Source of the DNA: Octopus sinensis
Lineage: Eukaryota
Direction of reading: 5' to 3'
NCBI RefSeq assembly: GCF_006345805.1
Contig: NC_043012.1
Location: 11,346,001 to 11,410,000 of the forward strand
Length of the DNA: 64,000 nt
Part shown: positions 1-11,756 of the stretch, piece by piece
Position numbering within the stretch: position 1 is the first letter of the stretch
Layout of the letters: each line of letters opens with the position of its first letter
Program-made: the position numbers and the translations under genes
The notes under the pieces: model-generated
Told to the model about the DNA's origin: nothing
Databases searched by the model: none
The model's input: the letters and a program-made list of their open reading frames with translations, nothing else

Positions 1-377
1 GTTCACATGACATTTTCAGATTCCACTGCTTACATAAGCAAACAATTTTCCTCCCAAATATTGATTTTATTATTAATCACATATTTCAATATTTTCTATC
101 ACATTTTTCTTGTCATCATTTTTCTCCTTTCTCGTTTCGTTTGCTTTTTCTCATTACCTCTCTTAATTGTTACGATTTCTAATGTAAACCTCCCTCACTT
201 TTTCCTGACCTGTTCTGCTGTAATGCTGTCGTCACCTTGTGGCTGTAAAAGAAAAGATAATTATCCAAACCTTTACATTCTGAGTTCAGACCTTACTGAA
301 GTCAACATTCTCTTTCATTCCTCTAGGGTGGATAAAATAAAGTAAAAAAAACAAACAAAGACGATAAAGGTCACCCA

Positions 378-635
378 TTTCAAGCCTAGCCAGGCTCATA
401 GGGCCCGGTTTCCCGGTTTCTGTGGCGTATGTGTTCCCCCCCAGCTGGATGGGACGCCAGTACATCGCAGCGTTACTCAAGAAACAGGAAGAGAGAGTGA
501 GAGAAAGTTGTGGTGAAAGAGTAGAACAGGAGTTGCCACCCCCTGGTGTTTTCGCTCATTAAACACACACAACGCCCGATATGGGAATCGAAACCGCGAC
601 TCCGGTGCCCTAACCACTGGGTCATTGCGCCTCCA
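378..635 (-). mobile_element. tRNA-derived SINE, family C (head TGGAGGCGCAATGACCCAGTGGTTAG)
   Basis: Minus strand begins with A-box-like TGACCCAGTGG and B-box-like GGTTTCGATTCC. A homologous copy lies at 30141-30416 (+), with related pieces near 39955, 43500, 53020 and 61850. Confidence 0.75.
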
Positions 636-695
636 CATGGATAAAATAAAGTACCAGTGAAATAATGCGGTTGGTGAAATCAACTCGCTTTTTTC

Positions 696-927
696 TTATT
701 TCTCTATTGCCCACAAGGGGCTAAACACAGAGGGGACAAACAAGGACAGACAAAGAGATTAAGTCGATTACATCGACCCCAGTGTGTAACTGATACTTAA
801 TTTATCAACCCCGAAAGGATGAAAGGCAAAGTCGACCTCGGCGGAATTTGAACTCAGAACGTAACGGCAAACGAAATACCGCTAAGCATTTCGCCCAGAG
901 TACTAACGTTTCTGCCAGCTCGCTGCC
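696..927 (-). mobile_element. tRNA-derived SINE, family A (Meta-domain-like core)
   Basis: Head GGCAGCGAGCTGGCAGAAACGTTAG, B box GAGTTCAAATTCC, core GGTCGACTTTGCCTTTCATCCTTTCGGGGT-GATAAATTAAGTA resembling the MetaSINE/Sauria-SINE central domain; many copies in the window. Confidence 0.85.
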
Positions 928-1137
928 TTATTTCTCGCCTCCTTTCTCAAGTTTGAGGCATCGTGCTTATATTAGAAATTAGGTCGACTTTGCCTCTTAC
1001 CCATTTTTTTGGGGGGTGGGGGTGAGGGTGAATAAAATATGTACCAGTTGTGTATTGAGGTTGATGTAATTGACTACGCTCCTCCCCCAAATTTCAGGCC
1101 TTGTGCCGGAAGTAGAATGGATTATTATTATTATTAA

Positions 1138-1352
1138 GGCGGCAAGCTGGCAGAATTGTTAACATTCCAAGCTAAATGCTCAGCGGCGTTTCGGTTGTCT
1201 TCATATTTTGAGTTTAAATTCTGCCGAGGTCAACATTACCTTTCATTCTTTTGGGGTTGATAAAATAAGTACCAGCTGAGAACTTGGGTCGATGTACTCG
1301 ACTTACCCACGCCCCTAAATTTGCTGACCTTCTGCTAAAATTTGAAACCATT
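1138..1352 (+). mobile_element. SINE family A, diverged copy
   Basis: GGCGGCAAGCTGGCAGAATTGTT head and CCTTTCATTCTTTTGGGGTTGATAAAATAAGTACCAG core; flanked by further fragments at about 980-1120 and 1358-1410. Confidence 0.7.
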
Positions 1353-2519
1353 ATTAAGGCGATAAGCTGGCAGAATCATTAGCACACCGGGCTAAATGCC
1401 TAGTGGTAAGCATTGGTCGTGTGCTTATTCCAGGATAGCTTTTATCTTTTATATGTTACTTGTTTCAGTCATTAGATTGCGGCCATGCTGGGGCACAGCC
1501 TAGAAGAATTTTTGGTCACACACACACACACACACACGATGGGCTTCTTTCAGTTTCCATCTATAAAATCCACCCACAAGGCACTTGTCCAAGGTGCCAC
1601 GCAAAGGAACTGAATCCCGAACCATGTGATTGGGAAGAAAGCTTCTTACCACACGGCCCCAGTAAATGTTATAGGAATCTTGTGTAGGGACCTTCCAAAT
1701 TTTGTAAGGCTTTTGTTACTGTTCATGCGGCAGCTCCCTTCGTCAGCGTGTTCTTCATTGTTGCTCTGAAAATCCTGCTTCAGGTGTTGGTTTAGAATAC
1801 AGAGAGTAAAGGATCGACCCCAGGATTGAACTGCTATTTTATTTAACAATCTCGAAGGGATGAAAACTAATGTCGACCTGGTAGGATTGGAACTCAGAGA
1901 CTAAAGCGTCCTGATGCTCGATCCTCTCTGCAAATTCACCTCGGCACCGCAAATATCAAAACACTAAACACATCAAGTCCAACTTATAAGTAACAACGAT
2001 GGAACATTTAGAGAGCGAGAGAGGGAGAGACGAAGACAATATAGTGTTTTGTGTAATAGTAACGACTTGTGATTTTGATGTAGATTATATGTGACATTCT
2101 GATGGAACTTTTATCAAATACAAAAGAAGACAACAACAACAACAACATAATTACAATAGAAAGTTTGTAGCTCAATTAGAAGAGAAGCAAAATCGAAGTT
2201 CTCTCGAGAAGAGAAGGAAAAGTATTTATTTACAGTGCATTCAAGCTTGATAATTTGTGATCAATATATTCATTAAATTGTATATATATATATATGTATA
2301 TACAATAATCAACATAGGTGTGACTGTGTGGTAAGTAGGTTACTTACCAACTACAAGTACTAGGCTTACAAAGAATAAGTTCTGGGGTCGATTTGTTCGA
2401 CTAAAGGCGGTGCTCCGGCATGGCCTCAGTCAAATGACTGAAACAAGTAAAAGTAAAAGTATGTGTGCATGTGTATTTATGTGTGTGTGTGTATGTATGT
2501 GTGTGACTACAAAGAGAGG

Positions 2520-2960
2520 GAAAGTAGTGGTAGCAGCTGTAAAGCCTATAAAAAGAGTACAGTGAACTTGCCGTTAGAAATGAAAAATCTTACGTTTCGG
2601 ACAGAGTCCTTCTTCAGGGGAAAAGGTGAAAGCAGAGAACTTTATGAAAGACAGCAGTATTTTATATTCTATCAATGTAAGGAGTAATTAGCATGAGGAG
2701 AAACAGGCGAAGTCGACAGTGAGATGAAGGGAAATGATGGGGATGACAATTGAAGGATTTGAGAGGGTTTAAGGAATTAAGAGAAGGTGGAAAAGTAAAA
2801 GGTAAAAACCGTTCCTTTAAACTTGCCTTTAACATGGTTCCAAGTTCTCCGTTTCTTCGAGAAGGTTGATCCATTGTGTGCGGTGATGCTTCACACTGAT
2901 AAGTGAGAGATGAAATGACTTGTTGTGTTGGAGTGGGTGGTGACAGGTTGACTAGGCATA
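2520..2960 (-). mobile_element. Penelope-like element 3' remnant (GIY-YIG C-terminus plus pLTR)
   Basis: Minus strand translates, with a stop and a frameshift, to QPVTTHSNTTSHFISHLSV*SITAHNGSTFSKKRR...LGTMLKASLKERF. This resembles the PVAxHFN..HS..RK..E..LGTLxPxGLN tail of PLE endonucleases, and a hammerhead motif follows it. Confidence 0.6.
2588..2621 (-). ncRNA. minimal type I hammerhead ribozyme-like motif
   Basis: Minus strand reads TCCC-CTGAAGA-A-GGAC-TCT-GTCC-GAA-ACGT-A-AGA: intact core, 4-bp stem II, palindromic ACGT stem III, degenerate stem I. Confidence 0.65.
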
Positions 2961-5364
2961 CATATTAGTATGTATTTTCTTAATTTTGTTTCGATGTGGT
3001 GGTCATGAGAATTTTTTGAAAGAAGGTTTTCCAGTGTTCACTTGAAATATGACCAGCACAGAGGAGTCTTAATGCTTGTTGTTGTTATTGTCATATATCA
3101 ATCAACAGACCTTTAATCAAATAAGTTTATTCACTAACTTATATGTCCTTCCGTTTCTGAACATGGTATAATGAAGAGAAAGGAGATTTTGTTGCCATTT
3201 CTAGCAGGTTGAGCGGCCATATAACAACTAATCCGAATATACAGTGTTGTTTAGCTGCAGATCATCTCTGATATAACTGACATTTGCAGGCATAGTGTAT
3301 CTAGGGAGATTTTGCCTCTATGTCTAGCAGGTCAAGTGACCTCATAGCAGCTTGTCTTATCATTCATTAATTATATGTACAGAAATAAAATGATTAAGTA
3401 ATTAAGATACTGGAAGTTCAAATCCTCTGCAGGTATTTCATTGTTTCTGGTTACGGTACTCTATCCTATAAACAGTTCCTTGGCGGTTTCGATAAATTCA
3501 GTTTCTGTTTGATGCGTAAAATTCTATTGTCCAAAAATTGTTAAAAAAAAAAATTTGTCAACTCATTATCAGATTTGGCCATATTGTACTTGACTGATAA
3601 AGTTCGAAATTTCAAAACACTCTGTCCTCTCTCTACAAAGAAAAGATTAGATTTACCTTTCACTAACCACGTAAATTAACTCTGAGAGATTAATTCTTAA
3701 TTGTTTCTTATTATTTCCCCTTTGAGAATTTACAATTGTCGCTAGTTTTTTTTTCTGTCTCCGACTAAAAGGAAATATCCAAATAATTATGAATTTTTTC
3801 CTCACTTTTCTTAATTACATCAGCCTTAAACTTAATTATCAAAACGTTTAATCATTTTTCACACCGTAGACAGCTGAACTCAACGAACTTATTAAATGAT
3901 GAATTTTCTAGTTTTCCCTAATTATCACCCATTCTTTATTCAACACTGCCTGCATCAGTTCATCACTTTGGCTACTGATGCTGTACAGAGATGGTGGCAG
4001 TGGCTTTTGGTAAAGATACGAGATCATCTGGGGAAGTTATGTGACATAGACTGACTTCATATCCAGGGAGACACAGAGAAATATATCTCTCATCTGTTTT
4101 CTGCTACTACTACTGTAAGTACTGCTGCTACTGATGATGATGATGATGATGATGATTATAATGTTATTGGTATTTTGATAAGACTTCAGTCTCTTTGGAA
4201 TCATTAAAGATTGTCAAGATTTATTGTATAGCAGTGTCGGTTATTTGTAAGTCAGCAGGAATTATATTTAGGTAGCAGTTATTAATGAGATTTCACTGGA
4301 AGCTTTTGTGAGAATCAACTCAGACTAAATTCTGAAAGCTAAAACTATGATTAAATTTAGTCACACAGAAAATCTATTTGATGTTATCTATTGGGGATGA
4401 AATAAATTAGCATAACGTAAAGTTTCCTTAAAATCAATTATTGTGATGATGGCGCTGGTGGTAGTGTTGTTGTTGTGGTGGTGATGGTGGTGCTGATGTG
4501 GTGAGGTGGAGCTGGTGTGGTGCGGTGGTGAGGGTGATGGTTATGTTCGTGTATCTTGATAGTATGGTGGTAATGTTAACATTTTAAAAGATGTTATTGT
4601 TTAGCCCTGGGTCGACCCTGACTACAGAGACCCATAATCATGGAATTCCAACCATGCTCATCTCGTTTTCATAGCAGCATCTAAGACTACACTATTTCAT
4701 GCCCTTCCATTTTTTTTCTTTAAAGATAGTAATACTTTATTTGTGAGCGATATAGAGTTGAGGCCTTCTTGGTAGTGATTATAATAGTTATTAGTAATTA
4801 TACTAATTAAAGACAAGTAATACTTTTGTTTTGTAACCCTAGATCGGCTGTGGTTAAGTGGAACTATGATCAAAAATCAGACTTATAGCCAAAGCCATGA
4901 CCATCCTGTCTTTTCCCGTTTACAGAGAACTCAAGATGTTAATTACATTTGTTACAGTTTCCTAATTATACAAGATTACTTTGTTCCTCTTACAAACTCC
5001 TTATCAAATTTCTGAATTTATTGATTTACTAAGATAATCAGCAACATTCAGTTTAAAATTGGCAGAATTGTTACAACGTCGAATAAAATGCTTTGCAATA
5101 TTTATTCACGGTTATTTACGCCCTGTGTTCGAATTTTGTCGCAAGTAACTTTGTATTTTATTCTTCGGAGGTCGATAAAATTAAGTAGCAGTAACTTCTG
5201 GAATTGATATAATCAATAATATAAATCGGAAATGTACTTGCATAGCAAGTGACCTGATCTGAGATCGTGTGCTGGAACGAAAACAATTGCAGCGTGGAAG
5301 GTGTTTATAAGACATTTAAGAAACACACAAAAACCGTTAGATTCACTTCAACATTTAAATTTAA

Positions 5365-5415
5365 TTTGTCAAAATATTTTCGTCGCTTTGAGACCGCGAC
5401 CTGTTCACTGACAAA
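5365..5415 (-). ncRNA. type I hammerhead ribozyme-like motif with G3:C8 variant core
   Basis: Minus strand reads TTTGTCA-GTGAACA-G-GTCGC-GGTCTCAAA-GCGAC-GAA-AATATT-T-TGACAAA: 7-bp stem I, 5-bp stem II, palindromic stem III AATATT. It lies at the end of an apparent insert (about 5225-5428). Confidence 0.65.
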
Positions 5416-5658
5416 ATTCCGTGCTGCATCTTACTTATCAGTTGCTTGATCTTAACCATTTGAGCATGTCCCTTAGTGGCTGACAGTATGTGTATCTCTG
5501 ATCATGAGCAAGAGTAGTAAGGGAGCACCATAGCCTGTGTTGAGAGGGATTTGAATAAATGTAACAAAAGCAAAGTTTGAAGGAAATGATGCTTTCTAAG
5601 AGTAAGCAAATAGTTGTTACCCAAAGACAAAAAACGTGTTACATAGTGTAGTATATTG

Positions 5659-6102
5659 GGATCTTTTCGGTTTGACCGGCAGTTTTTTAAGATAATTTCC
5701 AGGTAACTAAAAATTTTTAAACTTCGTATACTGGTAGAATGTTTTTATAAAACATCTTTTTCTCTTGGCTTTATTGAGAAAATTCTATGGTTTGTAAGAT
5801 ATTTGTCGTTTTTTTCTTCAATTTCTGCAATTTCAACCAATCAATGACTTCTTTTGGGGTGAAAACATTCTGTGCCGTATGAATATGTCCCTCGTTTAAG
5901 AAACAGATTGGGTTTATTTTCATTTCTGAAGAAAAAAAGATACCCTTCCTCCCACCCCTAACCCTAACCCTACCCAACCCTAACTCTAACCCTAACCCTA
6001 AAACAGATTGAAATGCAATAGATCGATACGAGGGTCATAATTATGGGTGACATTTTCATATGACACCGCTAGAAAAAACTGCCGGTCAAACCGAAAAGAT
6101 CC
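5659..6102. mobile_element. MITE with 30-bp TIRs, 8-bp TSD and internal (CCCTAA)n
   Basis: TIR GGATCTTTTCGGTTTGACCGGCAGTTTTTT with its exact reverse complement at the right end; flanks GTATATTG/GTGTATTG; second copy at 31635-32060. Confidence 0.9.
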
Positions 6103-6699
6103 GTGTATTGCACCCAGCATGGTCACAGTTCAATAGAGGACGAAAAAAAATATCCCAGAAACAGTACGAATTATTGTAATACAGTTTGAACTCAAACTCA
6201 TCAATTTCTTATTGCCACTATATTTATCATCCACCACCGACTGGAAATGTTTTAGTCTTAAAGATATTAGAAGGAAGAGTATAATAACACATTACTCTCC
6301 CTCCTTTCCACTCGCCTTTACTAAACACTCTTAAGTCTCCTTGTGTAACGGAATACGTTACATACGGCTTAATGTAAAGTAAATACTAATGGGCCACGGC
6401 ATTAAAGAATCACGTGATTCTGTTCATACACAATACAAACACACATACATATGTATATGAAATATTAACACATACAAATATTATACGCTAACACATGTTA
6501 AATACACTTTGCGTCGAATCAAAGTAGTTGAGTTGAAACGGAAGCTATTGAAGAATTCGCTGTATACAACAGTATCATACATACATAAACATACACACAC
6601 ACATTTCTGTATATATATATGTGTGTGTGTGTGTGTATATATATTTTTGTGTGTGTGTGTGTGTGTATATATGTGTGTGTGTGTATATATGTGTGTGTG

Positions 6700-6730
<31 letters not shown>

Positions 6731-7244
6731 ATATATATGTGTGTGTGTATATATATATGTGTGTGTATATATATATATATATATATACATACATATGTAA
6801 ACAAACGTGCGCACCCCCCCCCCCACATTCAAAGTATCACCTCAGAATAGATCAGAAATAGAGAGAAAGAAAATTATTATAGGCTTTGATCGTTTCGACA
6901 CTTTTAGATTCAATTCTCTCCAAAACTGCGGTTGCGAGGAAGGATTTATCAAAAGTATAACAGAGTAGCACAAGTGACATTAACATTAAATATTCCAAGG
7001 CTGGTACCCTGTACTATTCCTCCTCTTGAATCTGCAATGCGAGCCTTTTTTTCCACCTCTTTTGAAACTCAGAAGGTTCTATTCCAGTCAATCTAGTTTC
7101 TTACCTCGAAATTAATCAAAGAAGAATAAATCCCCAAACCTTCAAATGGTATCTGGACAAATTCTTCATAGAAATACCAGTCATACCACCTGTATGTGCA
7201 TGCGCACCCGTACACTCATACACTTTCACTCACACAAATGTATG

Positions 7245-7276
<32 letters not shown>

Positions 7277-7476
7277 CAGAATTGAACAGCCGAAATTTGC
7301 TATGATGATTCGGTGCCTGACTGAAGATTGAAGGCTTCGAATGATTTGTCTGTGTTCCGTGTTTGTCCCTTCCTGTATTTCACGTTCTTTATATATAAAA
7401 CATTTATTATTATATATATATCCATACATATACATAACACGCGGTGATGGGAGTTGGATAAGGTGAAAACGTATAA

Positions 7477-7661
7477 GGCGGCGAGCTGGCAGAAACGTTA
7501 GCACGCCGGTATTTCATCTGCCGTTACGTTCTGAGTTCAAATTCCGCCGAGGTCGACTTTGCCTTTCATCCTTTCGGGGTCGATATAATCGACTTAATCC
7601 GTTTGTCTGTACTTGTTTGTCCCCTCTGTGTGTAGCCCCTTGTGGGCAGTAAAGAAATAGG
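7477..7661 (+). mobile_element. SINE family A, internally deleted
   Basis: GGCGGCGAGCTGGCAGAAACGTTAGC head, core, and tail ending GTGGGCAGTAAAGAAATAGG; AAACGTAT appears on both sides as a possible TSD. Confidence 0.85.
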
Positions 7662-7871
7662 AAACGTATGATATTGCGTACTAATATACACACACAAACT
7701 TATAGATATGTTAGATATATACGAAGCGTGAGAGTACAGATACATAAACATACATACACGTATATTATGTACATAATATACGTGTATACATAAGTTTATT
7801 TCTAAATGCGCGCGCGTAAATACATATACTTAAGTATATATGTATTCATGTGCTCTCATGAAAATACACAT

Positions 7872-7906
<35 letters not shown>

Positions 7907-8504
7907 CAGAGAAAGATTAGTGGATTAGTAAGTGAGCTGGAACACCCTGTTTCACATATAATATATATATATATATACATATATACACATACATATGCCA
8001 TAATTTCTCACATACAGATGCACACATATACATACAATAATATTCGTAACCTTTACAATACATTAATTATTAAGAAATTTCGAGGAGAAAACAAAATGTT
8101 ATGATATTTCATATTCCACTGAAACATTTCTGATATACAGATTATCATCATCATCGTCGTCGTCGTCATCATAATCTTCTGCATGATCGTCGTCGTCGTC
8201 GTCGTCATCATCACCATTGACTTGTTGTCTGTCTGTCTGTCTCAGTATCCCGTCCAAGATTCTTGCCGGTATCCGCTGCGCAGATTATTGTTTTCCTAGA
8301 ATGAGTTTATGTAAAATTTCTGTTATTATCTATTATATACAAACATACATACATCGACACTCCGCATGCGCGCTCATACATGCCTGCCTACATACATTAC
8401 ATGCATAATACATGTAGTTATGTATGTGTGTGTGTGTGTATGTGTGTTATATTTAACTTCTCGATTGCTATTGTGCTTCAGCTTTCGTATCTTCAAGCAA
8501 TAAA

Positions 8505-9526
8505 GAAAATGTTAATGTAATAAGACCGAAGTATTTTCAAGCGATGCAAGTACAAACTTCAACTTTCTTAGGAGAATTGCAATTCTTTGTCGTATTTTTG
8601 TATATATATATATATTGTTGTATGAGTATATGTTTTTTTATAAAGATGACTTAAAATACCGTTGAGATGTTACAAACGTTTGAAAGCCAGTTACATGATT
8701 GGTTGTTGAAATCCTGCAAAATTAGCGTTGATGTATTGACAAAATAAATGGGTAAACAATAGACTATTTGAAAATGGAAATTAAAAAAATAAAAAATGCG
8801 AGAAAGAATAAAAAATATGGAATGATTGTTTAAACAACTAATAAAACTAAACGTTGTAAATTGTTATAGAGTAAAGGAAATAATAATGATTTTGACAAAT
8901 GAAGTTTTGAATTTTTAAATATCCGGATGGTTTCTGACTGCAGAACGAAATGAACTTCGTGTTTTGACTACAGATATTTCTACTCTGGAGTTACAGATTT
9001 TCCTTTATACAAAAATTGCTCCTTGATTATAAACTGTTTGTTGCTTAATCCTTAATTTCCTGGTGTATATTAATTGTGATTGTCCTGGTTTTTTCCACCC
9101 TAAATATATTTAGAGAAAGTAGTGTCTCTATTGTTTGGTTGAATTTTTGAACGTTAACGTATGTTGATAGAACGTTGATCTGAAATTGTTTACTGTTAGT
9201 TCATTAAAGGTTTTAACAATCAGTACATTAGCAGGTGATACTTTTGTGTAACTCATGAAACTTTTACTATGTAAAGGAATGTATACAATTACGAAATTGT
9301 TGGAAATATGCACGATTTTTTGACAGTTGATATTTGACAAAGACTCTGAAAAGGTAGAGTTGTAGAGTAGCTGATTTTAATGGGGATGGTGTTTAAAACG
9401 TGATGTTTGGGAAAATGTTAATGTAATAAGACCGAAGTATTTTCAAGCGATGCAAGTACAAACTTCAAGATTCTTTGGAGAATTGCAATTCTTTGTCGTA
9501 TTTTTGTTTATATATATATTGTTGTA
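8505..9526 (-). mobile_element. degenerate Penelope-like remnant bracketed by ~117-bp direct repeats
   Basis: Direct repeats at 8505-8622 and 9411-9526. The interior minus strand gives FKHHPIKISYSTT and ELTVNNFRSTFYQHTLTFKN...FSKYI, resembling PLE KISYS and GIY-YIG FKxRYxxHxxSF..LSKYIW motifs. Confidence 0.5.
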
Positions 9527-9727
9527 CGCTTAGCGGAATTTCGCCCGTCTTTACGTACCGAGTTCAAATTTCACCGAGGTCGATTTTGCCTTTTATTCTT
9601 TCGGGGTCGAAAAATTAACTGCCAATAAAACACTGGGGTCGATGTAATCGACTAGTCCCTTCTCCCCAAATTTCAGGTCTGGTAACTATAGTAGAAACTC
9701 TCTCGAACTTACTGGCCTTGTGTCAAA

Positions 9728-9766
<39 letters not shown>

Positions 9767-9768
<2 letters not shown>

Positions 9769-10320
9769 GTGAGAGAGCTATGCATGCCATCAAAGTGACA
9801 CGGGTAAAAATATACGAAGACCAATACACCCTTCATGATTACCCGTCTGATAAGAGTACACCAGGCACCTGCATCACTACCATATCTGCGCGACATGGTG
9901 ATCTGGTATCAAGATAAACAGCGCAGGACCTTGCAGGTGGAGCCAAGTTAGAATTTTCTTCAGTTCGAGTAGCTCATCCCGCTCAAAAGTTCCCTGAATA
10001 AGGGTTGTTTAAGGGTGTTGAACGAAATACCAACGTTTCCAGAGGTGAATTATTCAAACCTCAAAGAATTCTTCTCAACGCATGGCTTTGATGCTCCCCC
10101 ACTACTTCTGCTTGTGATCAGAGATGAACATATCGTTAGCTACCAAGGGACATGCTCAACTGCTTATGGTCAAACAATTGACAAGCAAATCTGTGGTATT
10201 GAGCAGAACATTGGCAGTAGCTCATTTTTTATACAAAGACAAAACATGTACATGGTAACATTTCCACTCATTTAAGATCAGAAACCATGAAAGCCAGTGC
10301 CTGGTATTGCATCAAAGGCA
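9767..10320 (-). mobile_element. non-coding interspersed repeat inserted in (TTA)n
   Basis: Bounded by TTA repeats on both sides; part of it is homologous (reverse complement) to 5430-5552; no credible ORF. Confidence 0.55.
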
Positions 10321-10345
10321 TTTATTACCATTATTATTATTATAG

Positions 10346-10795
10346 TGGCGAGCTGGTAGACTTGTTAGCGGAGGGTTGGCAGAATCGTTAGCACGCCGGG
10401 CGAAATGCTTAGCGGTATTTCGTCTGCCGCTACGTTCTGAGTTCAATTTTCGCCGAGGTCGACTTTGCCTTTCATCCTTTCAGGGTCGATAAATTAAGTA
10501 CCAGTTACGCACTGGGGTCGATATAATCGACTTAATCCCTTTGTCTGTCCTTGTTTGTCCCCTCTATGTTTAGCCCTTTGTGGGCAATAAAGAAATAAGA
10601 ATTGCTAGCAACCCGTGCGAAATGCTTAGGGCGTTTCGTCCGTCTTTACGTTCTGAGTTCAAATTCCGCCGAAGTCGACTTTGCCTTTCATCCTTTGGGA
10701 GTCGATAAATTAAGTACCAGTTGCGTACTGGTGCCGATCTAATCGACTGGCCCATTCCCCCAAAATTTCGGGCCTTGTGCCTAGAGTAGAAAAGA
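10346..10795 (+). mobile_element. tandem SINE family A copies
   Basis: Two consecutive B-box+core units with different tails (...GTGGGCAATAAAGAAAT and ...GGCCTTGTGCCTAGAGTAGAAAAG). Confidence 0.85.
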
Positions 10796-10923
10796 TCATC
10801 ATCATCATCATCATCGTCATCATCATTATCATTATCATCATCATCATTATCGTCATCATCATCATTATCATCATCATTATCATCATCATTAGCATCATTA
10901 TCATCATCATCATCATTATCATC

Positions 10924-10989
<66 letters not shown>

Positions 10990-11003
10990 AATAATAATAA
11001 TAA
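10796..11003. repeat. (ATC)n/(ATT)n/(AAT)n microsatellite
   Basis: Directly visible trinucleotide runs; source of the poly-Ile/Met ORFs. Confidence 0.95.
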
Positions 11004-11547
11004 TCTACAGAACAGTTTAAACAAATTTTCATCGTACGAGCTGCTTCAGAGCAATATGTCATCGGGAATATTTTTTATTTGTTTTGCCGTCTAATGTCCT
11101 ATTTCATGATTCTCACAAGGCTAGAGAGAAAGAGAGACAACGGATTGTATTGATCCCAACGCGTGGCTAATACTTTATTTTATTGATATCAGAAGAGATA
11201 ATAGATGTTGTCCTGTCTCTGGTCAGACTTGACTTAACAGACCTATGATCAAACACTTTCCAAATATAGCCATCACGTCTTTTAGGGATATGTAAGACTA
11301 CATTATCTAATGTGTGCTTTACCCAACACGATAAGATTGAAGGAAAATTTGGCTGGTATATCTATCAGGCCACGCTGAGCTTTATGCATTATATTTGTTT
11401 GTATGTAAAACAAGATTTCTATAATGAATTTTTATATTTCGTTAGTTATACGAAACTTTAAATATCCACATGTGAATATAGTTGTGCGCGTGTGTGTGTA
11501 TTCATACACACACACACATTGCAAGCATGGTATGTAGTTAAGATGAA

Positions 11548-11756
11548 GGCGGCGAGCTGGCAGAAACGTTAGCCCTATTTCGTCTGCCGCTACGTTCTGA
11601 GTTCAATTTTCGCCGAGGTCGACTTTGCCTTTCATCCTTTCGAGGTCGATTAAATAAGTACCAGTTACGCACTGGGGTCGATATAATCGACTTAATCCGT
11701 TTGTCTGTCCTTGTTTATCCTCTCTGTGTTTAGCCCCTTGTGGGTAGTAAAGAAAT
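11548..11756 (+). mobile_element. SINE family A flanked by ~190-bp direct repeats
   Basis: Typical head, core and tail; 11354-11545 is repeated at 11757-11964. Confidence 0.85.

Noticed and set aside
5955-6001. (CCCTAA)n as a relic chromosome end or fusion site
   Set aside because: It is an internal part of a TIR-bounded MITE present twice in the window.
7278-7395. GAAA...CTGAAGA motif in a repeat also seen reversed at about 23270-23325
   Set aside because: The order is permuted and stems do not close directly on the core, so it cannot be folded as a canonical hammerhead by eye.
10710-11094. Poly-Ile/Met hydrophobic ORFs
   Set aside because: They come from an (ATC)/(ATT) microsatellite tail of a SINE.
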